From positions 64,001-128,000 of the IMG/VR virus record IMGVR_UViG_3300030012_005163: a stretch of DNA of 64,000 nt, one strand, 5' to 3'. The position numbers and the translations under genes are program-made. Position 1 is the stretch's first letter. Each line of letters starts with the position of its first letter. The notes beneath the pieces are model-generated. The model was not told the origin of the DNA and did not search any database. It saw only the letters and a list, made by a program, of their open reading frames with translations. The stretch comes from a virus. This document shows positions 45,999 to 56,600 of the stretch, in pieces.

Positions 45999-46006
45999 TA
46001 TTTATA
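45999..46006 (+). promoter_or_regulatory. TATTTATA putative late-promoter motif
   Basis: 4 nt before ATG 46011. Confidence 0.55.
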
Positions 46007-46010
46007 AGTA

Positions 46011-48014
46011 ATGGATGAAAAATTTAAAATATTATTAAATAAAGAAAAATCAGTTAGATCGGTAAATGTAACTTCACATGTTCCTTTAAATTTAGAGAAT
46101 AGTAATAAAATTATACCACTAAGTAATGAAGAAACAATAGTTAATAGTTACGAACAATTCGAAAAAGAAAGAAGAGAGTGTAATAAATATAGATTTTATG
46201 GTACATTAAATACTATGGCTAGTAATAGTTTATATAATGAAAATGTAAGGTTAGTTGATGAAACTCTACCAAATAGTATTACACCTAATATATCTAGTAA
46301 AATAATACCTGCCAACAGTATCTTTGTTAATGATGGGTGGTATGGTTATTATGAACCACCTGACACTGATGAAGCACAAATTCAAAATGACAATGAATCT
46401 TCCACGTGTCAGTTTAAAACTTTTGATCCTGGTTACAATAGATTATTAATGATTGATGATGATGGTAAACAAAACTATTTATTAAAAATTACTTATCCAT
46501 TTGATACAAGAGATATTAATTTAGTAGAAAATAATAATGGTATTTCTTTAAAAGATGGAATTCAAATTATTGAAAAAGGAACTGTTAAAATTAATAATAG
46601 AAGTTATGTTTATTTTAAGACACCAATTAATCATGGATTAAATGCTGAAGACGAAATTAAACTATATAATTTTGTAGATAATACTAATAATGGTTTATAT
46701 TTAGATGAAAGAAATTTTATTGTAACTAAGTTAGGGGATCAACAAAATAGTAATTTAAATAGAATATTTGTGATAGATATTAATCCTGCAGATATAGACT
46801 TTAATTTAGGTACATCTACGATAAAAAGAGTGGTAGATGACATAGAATCTGAATACTATGTAAGAAGATTAAAATCGTTAACAGAAGTGGAAAAAGATTA
46901 CGATATATATCCTGCAGCATATGGAGTTAATTATTTTGATGATAGAAAAGCAGGTTTTTATTTTAAAAAAGATATAGATGTTGAAGGGTTGAGAGATAAT
47001 TTAGGTAGACCATTAAGTGAGTTATTTTTTACTATTGTTAAAAATGATAATGACAGTGATTATTCTTCTATTAATAATGTTTATTGGAGAGACAAACAAA
47101 AAAATTTACCAGATGACATAAAAAATAGATTTTGGATGCCTATTGCTGCCGGATATGAAACCGAACAAAATGTTAACGTTAATTACAATATAAGGGCATT
47201 TAGTTCTAATTATCCAAATGGGGATCCTAATTACCCACAAGTTTATTTTACTAATATAGATGAAAGTAATGAGATATTTGATAACGATATTGTAGAATAT
47301 AATGAAAGTCTATTGAAAGAAATTTCATTAGAAAATATATTTCACCGAATAAATACGGTTTATAGACAAAATTTAAACTTAATAGATTCTGAAAAAGTAG
47401 ATAAAAGAGAAGGTTATATTTATAATCCTCATACTCCTATAATAATTAGGGAATTTTCCGATTATATTGAGGAGGGTGATACACAAAATACTTTAAATAT
47501 TCCAGATTATTCACACTTAAAATTTTCTGCACATACTGAGAGTTTACCTACAGGTATTTTAAAAACACGACCTTTAACAAAAGAATCTAAAGTTTATAGA
47601 TGGAGAGATTTTTTAGAAATTGGATTTATAGATGGTAATGGTAGGGGTGTGGACTATCCTTTTGAAAGTGGTGCACATTATTTATATTTAGAAAATACTT
47701 TTTACTTATATAGACAAGATCCTCCCTGTATAGTTAACTTTACTCTACAAGAGGTAAACTTACCTTCAGAAAAAGATAAATTTTTATCTTTAGTTGGTGA
47801 ACCCACTTTCTTTGATTATAAAGTAGAAGATTTAATAAGTATTTTACCGGGCGGTGCACCAGTTAATTTATTAGACCCTAATCTTTCACCTACTACAGTA
47901 GATATAAGATTTATAACCTACTCTGGAGAATATGAGTTAGGTGAGAGAGACACACCAGGAGGATGTGTAGATTATTCATCATTACAAAATCAAAACATTA
48001 CTGATGACTGTTAA
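46011..48014 (+). CDS. Putative tail/baseplate structural protein
   Basis: 667 aa; beta-rich; in the baseplate operon; contains GLRDNLGRPLSELFFTIVK and WRDFLEIGFID. Confidence 0.7.
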   Translation: MDEKFKILLNKEKSVRSVNVTSHVPLNLENSNKIIPLSNEETIVNSYEQFEKERRECNKYRFYGTLNTMASNSLYNENVRLVDETLPNSITPNISSKIIPANSIFVNDGWYGYYEPPDTDEAQIQNDNESSTCQFKTFDPGYNRLLMIDDDGKQNYLLKITYPFDTRDINLVENNNGISLKDGIQIIEKGTVKINNRSYVYFKTPINHGLNAEDEIKLYNFVDNTNNGLYLDERNFIVTKLGDQQNSNLNRIFVIDINPADIDFNLGTSTIKRVVDDIESEYYVRRLKSLTEVEKDYDIYPAAYGVNYFDDRKAGFYFKKDIDVEGLRDNLGRPLSELFFTIVKNDNDSDYSSINNVYWRDKQKNLPDDIKNRFWMPIAAGYETEQNVNVNYNIRAFSSNYPNGDPNYPQVYFTNIDESNEIFDNDIVEYNESLLKEISLENIFHRINTVYRQNLNLIDSEKVDKREGYIYNPHTPIIIREFSDYIEEGDTQNTLNIPDYSHLKFSAHTESLPTGILKTRPLTKESKVYRWRDFLEIGFIDGNGRGVDYPFESGAHYLYLENTFYLYRQDPPCIVNFTLQEVNLPSEKDKFLSLVGEPTFFDYKVEDLISILPGGAPVNLLDPNLSPTTVDIRFITYSGEYELGERDTPGGCVDYSSLQNQNITDDC

Positions 48015-48903
48015 TAAATATAAAATACCAATTAGGGATATAAGTGTATCTGGTTCTTCTATTAATTTAAACATTAATCTAGATTTTACACCTGTGGATA
48101 ATACAGAGTTAATTAAAACTAAATTAATAGACGATGAAAAAGAAAAAAGCATTAATCCTATTATTGATTATAAAAAAGTAAGATTTTTTCCGGCAGACAA
48201 TAATTGGAATCTTATAAGAAAATTTAAAATTAATATGAACTTTTTTGTAGAAAAAAGTAATGGGTATTTTTATAGTAATCCACCTAGTTACAATGGTGCT
48301 TCTCCTTATGGTGATATAGGTTTTAGATTCGATGATTTGTTTTGTAGGACAGAAAGATTAATGAGTAGTTTTGTTAGATTTAATTATTATGATTCTAAAG
48401 ATTTACCTAATAATTTAATATATTCTACTAACATATACACACAGATATTAAACGATCAAAAAAATGACTATGGATTTGTTCTACCAAAGGACGAATGTCC
48501 AGTTAGTTTTGTGTTAGGGGATGCAACTTTAGAACCTGAAACGGTACATGAAGGATTTTACTTTTATTGGTTTCAAGATTTAGTGGATAATGCACCTAAT
48601 CAAGAATATGTTGTCTACTTAGAAGTTACTTTTCAAAATGCAGGTAATGGGCAGTCTACTTTACATTATTCAAAAAAGACTGTAAATTATAATACATTGA
48701 GTTTTAATGAAATTAATGATAATAGATTTTTAAAAGTGGTATTGAAAAATGATAATGGAATTTATAAGTATAGATTTGAACCTAATTCCCAGCAAACCGC
48801 ATTTAACGGTGGACCGGGAGGAATAAACCTAAACCCACAGAGTGGGTTATCAGATTTGCCTTACTTAACTTTTTGGCAAATAGAACCAAATATAGGAAAC
48901 TAA
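48004..48903 (+). CDS. Putative structural protein
   Basis: 299 aa; overlapping start, in the baseplate operon. Confidence 0.7.
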   Translation: MTVNKYKIPIRDISVSGSSINLNINLDFTPVDNTELIKTKLIDDEKEKSINPIIDYKKVRFFPADNNWNLIRKFKINMNFFVEKSNGYFYSNPPSYNGASPYGDIGFRFDDLFCRTERLMSSFVRFNYYDSKDLPNNLIYSTNIYTQILNDQKNDYGFVLPKDECPVSFVLGDATLEPETVHEGFYFYWFQDLVDNAPNQEYVVYLEVTFQNAGNGQSTLHYSKKTVNYNTLSFNEINDNRFLKVVLKNDNGIYKYRFEPNSQQTAFNGGPGGINLNPQSGLSDLPYLTFWQIEPNIGN

Positions 48904-49673
48904 TGGATATAATAAGATTAAAAAGATGTATAGAAAATTATGTTAGTAGAGAATCTAATGATACTTATGGTGATATAATTAGTGAAACTATTAACTTAAA
49001 TTTATTTTTGACTCAAAAAATGGATGATCAAGGAATATTTACTGATGCGCCATTTAAACCTTTACTACCTTATTTAACTCAAAGACCAACAGACTTAGGT
49101 AATTTTAATTCTTTTACCTATGGTAGATTTCCTGCAGCACCTTTATCCTTTTACATTAATCCTTCTATAAAAGTTAGGGGTACAAGTGATGATGGAAAAT
49201 TACCAAATGTATCTTCATACAGAGTTGATCCTGTTACAGGTAATCCCATATATGTAAATAATTTAGATATGACAGGTAATTCTGACTTAATATTTACGGG
49301 TGTTATTAATCAAGATAATGAAAAAGTACATTATGTATTAAATGCTGATAAAAATGATGTAAATAATACGGGTGTTCATTTTATTACTTTTTTAAATCAA
49401 TATGCTAACACAATAGATGAGGAAGGTAATTTAAAAAGATATTTAAAAACAGAATTTTATAGTGATTTGGATAGTATAAACGAAAATAATGTAACATTAT
49501 CCGCATTAACAAAACAAGAAGAATATTTAGGTTTAGTTTTTAAACCAGAAGTTGATAGTGAAGTATTTATTAATAGAGGTGTGGCGGACATTTTTGAAAG
49601 ACATGCTCTATTATGTGAAATAAAAACAACTAATGATATAGACACAAATAGGGGAGGATTTATAAGAACATAA
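48873..49673 (+). CDS. Putative structural protein
   Basis: 266 aa; C-terminal PEVDSEVFINRG...FERHALLCEIKT. The true start may be the second Met (48903). Confidence 0.7.
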   Translation: MANRTKYRKLMDIIRLKRCIENYVSRESNDTYGDIISETINLNLFLTQKMDDQGIFTDAPFKPLLPYLTQRPTDLGNFNSFTYGRFPAAPLSFYINPSIKVRGTSDDGKLPNVSSYRVDPVTGNPIYVNNLDMTGNSDLIFTGVINQDNEKVHYVLNADKNDVNNTGVHFITFLNQYANTIDEEGNLKRYLKTEFYSDLDSINENNVTLSALTKQEEYLGLVFKPEVDSEVFINRGVADIFERHALLCEIKTTNDIDTNRGGFIRT

Positions 49674-49685
49674 AAAAAATTAATT

Positions 49686-50600
49686 ATGGCAACAGGAAAT
49701 TATGGAACAATAAGACCGGCAGATGTATCGGTAGAGGACGTAGAAATTTTATATTCTTTTAGTCCTACTAGAGGTAATAACAGTAGTGAAAGTACTTTAT
49801 TAAGTTTAGACCCTTCACAAGTATTAGTACCAACAAATAACCCAAATGATGGTAGTGAAATTTTAGGGGGTGCATATACACTTAAATTACCTACTAATGA
49901 GTTTACTGCAAAAGGTTTTTATAATATCATTATAAGACCTAAACAAATAAGAACCACTATACAAGCTTGTGGAGTTTTATCTAGTAGTCCTGATATTATT
50001 GGTGTGGTTTTACAAATTAACGATCCTAATATTGATGCATCAGATAAAGTTAAATTTGAAAATGGTAAATTAGTTGGATATAGAATTGAATATCTTACAA
50101 CTAACACTAATAGTTCACAAAAAAAGATGCAGAATTTATTCAGAATAATTACATCTAATAATAGAGTATTATCTGTAGCAGAAAATTTGAGTAATGCGTC
50201 AGCACAAGTCGCATCTTATTCTTTTGATGATAGTTCTGATTTAGTTTTTTGTACACTAACACCCTCATCTGCACCATCAATTAAACCCGATGTGTTACCT
50301 TATATTGGTGAACCGGGACAAGAAATTATAATTACTAATACTTTCTTCAACCCAATTATGTTAGAAGTTGAAATGGTAGAATATGATGACGAAACCTTAG
50401 CATATGCACTTTATGGTAACCAAACAAAATCTTTAGATGATGGTATTTATACTATATACAACTTTGAAGATGAAATTTATAAACAATATGTATTATTTGA
50501 AATCAAAGACCAATTTACAGGTAAACCATTGTATGAGGTTAGAGAAGAATTACAAAACCCAGATTTTAGTAAGGAATTTGGCGATATAACAGATGTATAG
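49686..50600 (+). CDS. Putative baseplate structural protein
   Basis: 304 aa; MATGNYGTIRPADVS start; beta-rich; directly upstream of the giant wedge gene. Confidence 0.7.
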   Translation: MATGNYGTIRPADVSVEDVEILYSFSPTRGNNSSESTLLSLDPSQVLVPTNNPNDGSEILGGAYTLKLPTNEFTAKGFYNIIIRPKQIRTTIQACGVLSSSPDIIGVVLQINDPNIDASDKVKFENGKLVGYRIEYLTTNTNSSQKKMQNLFRIITSNNRVLSVAENLSNASAQVASYSFDDSSDLVFCTLTPSSAPSIKPDVLPYIGEPGQEIIITNTFFNPIMLEVEMVEYDDETLAYALYGNQTKSLDDGIYTIYNFEDEIYKQYVLFEIKDQFTGKPLYEVREELQNPDFSKEFGDITDV

Positions 50601-50611
50601 TATTAATATGA

Positions 50612-53600
50612 ATGCCACATAACAATCAAAATAATAATCAAACTAATAATAACTCTAATAAGGTTATTAAAGTAACTGGTTATGCCAAAAGAAAATTTTT
50701 TGATGGTGGTATAGAATATAGAGATTTTAGTGATGATTTAGTAGGTTTACAATTAACTAATGAAGGGGGTACACCTTTATTTACATTGGGTAATTTTAAA
50801 GTTACTACTAACTTAAGTCCTAAATTAAATAAAACTTATAATCAAGGAACTTATTCTGATTTTTTTAGTTTAGATGATTTAGATGATGGACAACAGATAA
50901 GTTTAAAAGTACAAAAAAATCAAAAAGCAGGGTTAAATTTAGACATTACTAACCCATTAAGTTATATACTCTATGGTTCTGCAGAAGAGAAAATAAGAGT
51001 ATCTTTAGAATATATCAATGAATATTTTCCGGCAGCCATTTATGTAGATAATGTTATAGGTACAGTTAGTGGTAATAATATTACTAACTATAGTTATGAT
51101 AGTTTAAGTGATGAATCCACATTTTATATTAACACAAATTACTTTAACAATCCTTTTAATATAAAATATACAGTGGATAGGAAAAATACTTCTGATGAAG
51201 ACACTTCTAATCCTTTGAGAAATTTAACTTTGAATCATAAAAATTATGTTGTAGAACACAATGGAATAAGTAAAAAAATTAAATTTTTAACCGGTTCTAC
51301 CACTACAACAAATGGGATAATTAGAGTAGTTGTAGACGGAAACCCATTTCCTGAAATAACAGGTATAAATTTTTCACAGTTTACTTTTTTAAATGGAGCA
51401 TCAAATGCATCTATACCATTTTTTATTAAACCTAATGAAATACAATCTGAAAATTTCTTTGCTGGATTAAATAATTTAGAAAAAAACATTTTAAATAGAA
51501 ATGTTTATCCTATTTATACGGCTACTTTCAGTACTCCTAAAGAAACTAGTCAAGGTGTAATTGTATATAGTGATGAAAAATTAACCTTTCCAATATTAAG
51601 TGATGGTTATAATTTGAATTTCTTTGATGGACTTTATGTAACTTATCTTAATAATTTAATTTCTATTGGTGAAAATTTAGATAAATTTAAAACTGATATT
51701 ATAAAAAGAAAATACACTGCAGAAGTTATTACAGGTTTTGATACTTTACCATCTGGTGACGGATCTGAAGATTTAGAATTAGATGGTGCAAAAGCAACAA
51801 AACTATTAAGAATTTATGGTATAGAATTCGATGAAATTAAAAAATATATTGATGGTATTAAATTTGCACATGTTATAACTTATGATAAGAAAAATAATAC
51901 ACCGGATAGTTTAGTTAAAGATTTAGCTAATATGTTAGGGTTTGGTGAATTTGATTTTTTAACTGATGCAAATATACTAAAAAATGTTTTACCCAGTAAT
52001 GGAGTTGGTTTAATGAGTGGTACATCCACCAATCTTAGTTTAGAAGAAATAGATATAGAATTATATAGAAGATTAATTTTAAATGTTGCATGGTTATGGA
52101 AAAGTAAAGGTGCTAGAAAAGCAATAGAATTTTTATTTAGATTTATTGGTGCACCTGAATCTTTAGTTAATTTTGATGAATATATTGTTTTAGCAGATAA
52201 ACCAGTAAACATATCACAACTTAAAAGTATGTTATATGTTTATACAGGAAGTTCTGATTTAAAAGACTTACCATTTGATAGTGATGGTTATCCATTACCT
52301 ACACCTAATGGTGAAAAAGTTTTAATTGGGTTTGATAATACAACTACACCCCCATCTCCAATATATGACACTAGTTGGTTTCAAAAAGAAGGTGGTTGGT
52401 ATAGAGAAACAGGTGGGTTAAACCCACCAATAGACATAACCGAAGGTAATAATGCACATGAAGGACCTTATGATAGAGGTTCTTTTTATATGAATCAGTT
52501 TACTACATCTATTTACCCCAATGATATAACCAGTAATTTTATTACCTTAACAGGTAACACCATATATCAAAACCAATTTTTTAATTATAATGATGGTTTT
52601 ATTAACGGTACAATAGATAATGATATTTTATATATCACCCCTATTAATCCATTAAATAATCAAATTATAACGGAAGGTCTTGAAATTGAATTTTCAATAG
52701 TACCTTCACCCCCTATCTCCGGTGGGACTACCATATTTCAAGATTTATGTATTCAAGCAAAAGAAGAATATGATGCATGGGTAGAATTAATTAAAGAAAA
52801 TTGTGAATTAGTTTATTCTCCTGAATGGTTTAGAGTACAACAAAATTATATTGTCGCAAAAAATAATTTAAACAAGGAAATTAGTAGTAGAAATGGAAAT
52901 GATAATGATGCTTTAGAAATATGTATCAATTTTGACTGTGATAGTATTGAAGTAGTTCAAAACCCATGTGAACAATATACTATGGTTGAGGACGATGGTT
53001 TAATTTATTTTGTAGACGAAAATGGAAATCAAGTGAATTTTGATTCTTTCCCACAATGTTGTGTTGCAGCAGGTGGAGAGTATTTTTCTTATATAAATCA
53101 AAGTGGACAAGAATCTTTATTTTGTGCTAAAGAACCCCCATGTATAGGTAAACCAATTAATACTACAGGTGAGGCAGTTGTGTGGGAAATAGAGGGAGTA
53201 AATGCAGTACCTGATAATATAATAGAAATTAGACCATCAACTAAACCAGTACCACAATATGAGGATAAATGTATTAGACAATCTAATAGGGTAAGATTTG
53301 ATTCTGAAGAAAGTAGAATAAAGTTTCTTCAAGATTGTACAACCAGACTACGTTTAGAAAGTGGTGTAGGTGAAAGTAATGGTATTTCTGGTTGTTATCA
53401 ATTAACAGAAGCAGGAGAATTTTATTTTGGGTTTAAATCTAAAGCAAATAACACTGAGTTTACAACTCGAATTAGTAAAAATGAAGCTCCCTATGTAGTA
53501 TATGATAAAAATAGTAAACCGGTAGGTTATATACCTAATACAACCGGTATTAGTTTAATTAGTGAAGGGGTGTCTGCAATGAATTATGTTAAAAGAAATA

Positions 53601-56600
53601 AAGGTATTATTTACCCTACTTACAAACAATCATTTAGTCAAAGTACAAGAAATAACCCTCAAAATGCATTGGATAATTATTTAGCAGAAGTGAGGGCAGG
53701 TAAGGATGTACCTAGTTTCCCTAAATATTTTAAACCTATCGATTGTGACGGTAAATCCACAACTTTAATTTCTAGTGAAGAGTGTTGTGCATACTATGGT
53801 TTTGATCATTATTATGTAAATATAACACAAGAAGATGGTAGTGTTACTAGTGTAGTTTATTGTAGAGGAAGGCAAAATGATGTGGGAGAATTACCAATTG
53901 ATGAGACTAAACCTAATGATAGTACATCTCCTAGACCTAAACCTGGAAAAGGTGGTAAAGGAGAGTTATACAATCCTACTAAAGGTATTGATAAAGAAAT
54001 TGAAACGATAAATAAAGAACAAAAAGAAGTAACTAAAAAAATAGAAAATAGTAGAACTTTAACTAACAAACAAAAATCTAATTTACGTTTAGAAAAAATA
54101 AATTTAGAACAAAGAAAAATTGATTTATCTACACAAAAACAAAAATTAAATGTAAAAAATACACGTACCATCCAACCAGCATTAGAAAAGGGTTATACTA
54201 AATACGTACCGGGTAGTAATTTAAATGCAGTAACAACTAAAGGAGATGAAATAAGTGTAATAAAAGATAGAAAAGGTGTATACAATAAAGGCATAAAAGA
54301 CAATAAAGGAGATAAAGTAACTACAGATTTTGGTTCACCCTTTGGTAATCCTGACTTACAAGATATTACTAATTGGAAACTTTCTTCTGTAGATCAATAT
54401 GGTAGAATAACATTTACACCTGTGGATAGAAACGATAGTTCAATATTGAATTGGGAATCGACTTCTGAAAGCGGTGCAGATTTATATAAAGAATGTTGTT
54501 TGAGTAAGGGTTATGCTTTTGGAGAATTTCAGATAAATCCCGCAAATAATGAACTTGTACCTTATAATGGACAACCTAACAGTTTCACTAATGGTGCTAC
54601 TTTTAATGCATGTATCGAACCTACTCATACACCATGTGATGATACAACGGATGTAAAATTAATTTTTGGAAGTAATGGATCGGATGGTTTCTTCTTACCT
54701 GAAAATACTGAAAGTAATGAAGTAACTATTAAGTTTGATTATATGATTAAGTATGACGCAGAGTCACTTATTAATTGTGCAGGAATTGAAGTTTGTCCAC
54801 TTCCCTTAGATTTATATACTAATAGTATCTATAATTTAGATTGTAGGAACTTTATAGTTTTTACACAATCAGAAGAATATAAAAATATATTACAAAAAAA
54901 TGTATTATATATAGATACTGATATTGTTCCAAATTCTGAAGAATCTTTAGATTTAACTAAACCAGATAAAGATGGAATACCTAACTTAATACCTTATTGG
55001 GATACTAATAATATACAAGTATGGCAAACACCGGGAATTCAACAGACTATTGAAGATGGTGAATGTTGTACGGCATATGGTGGAGAATATGTTAATAAAG
55101 AAAGTTGGGGTAAAGTTAATTTTGAAAACGTAAGAGCCATTAAAAATGATTTTGATAATACATTAAGAGAAGTATATAAAGTAGGTGTAACCTCAACTAA
55201 CTTTCCTTCATGGGTAGATGATGATTTTAAATCTACTGCGTCAAAACTTTTACAATATACTGAAGAAGTACAAAATATTTTAAATGATGAGTGTCTTAAC
55301 TATGAAATATTTAATGGACAAAATTATTGTGATGATTTTGATAAAATTATTACTACTGAAAAAGTATGTGCATTATTAGTACCTAAAAAATTAGGTGGAT
55401 ATAGTGAAATTTTAAAAGAATATTGGAGATTAATAAATCAGTTAACTTTAATGGAAACTCAACTTACAATATGTGTTGAAAGGAATGAAAAAATAGGTGA
55501 TTTAATTAAAGAAGTAGATAAAGAAAGAATTAAAGAAGAAGTAGATAAAGAAAAGAACAAAGAAGATAGTAGAAAAAGTGAAGAAGAACTAGAAACTGAG
55601 TACTCACTTAAAGAACGTGAATTTAGAAACATTGAAAAACAAATCAATGATATCACTGAAATAACAATTGCTATTGACTCAGTAAAAGAAGAAAATTTAC
55701 CTAAAATAAATTGTAATATATATCAAGATCAGATAAAATTAATACAAAATTATAATGTAGATGAGTTTTGTAGAACAGAAACTAATGGTGTATCTGATAA
55801 TCCTGATGTGGTGTTTACCGCATATAATAGATGTGTTGAAAGAAAAAGATTAGAATTAGGGCAAGAATTAAAAAAATATCAAGAGTTATATCAAAACTGT
55901 GTAAAAAGTAATGTTATTAGTGATGAAATAACTAAAGCAACAAGTAATAATGATTTAGTTACTAAAGATAGATTAACTACTGAATATGATTTCACATTAA
56001 GAAATATAGATGAATTACAATCTACAGTGTATTGTGAGGATATAAATGAGCAGAACGAACAATTAAGAGTTACTACTGAACAAGAAAATAATATTCAAAA
56101 GAATGTAGATATAGTCGCTAAAATATTAGATGTAGATAGTGATACAATAAGAAATGGTAATACTACCGATTTATCTACACCACAAAAAATAGAAGTTACT
56201 AGAATTCTTAATACACAAAAGAATGTAGAAAACAAATTAAAAATTAAGAAAGAAGAAATAGAAAAAGAACTTACTAAAATAAGTAATGATAAAGAAAGAA
56301 TTAAAAATGAATTAGAGGTAGAGGAAAAAGATAAAGAGGAAATTATTAAAAATATTAAAGATGTTAAAAGTAATTTAGAAAAAGAATTAGGGGATAAAAA
56401 ACAAATAAATTGTTGTAGAGAAACTTTAAGTTTAACTCAAAAACTTTTAGAAGAATTAAAAGAAGTAAGAAGTGGAGTTTATTATGAAACAGATACTTTA
56501 TATCAACAATGGTATCTACAAAGATATAATAACTATTTATCGTATGTCCAAAGTAAAATGGCTACGGCATTTGACTATATGGATGAACTTAGACTGAGTT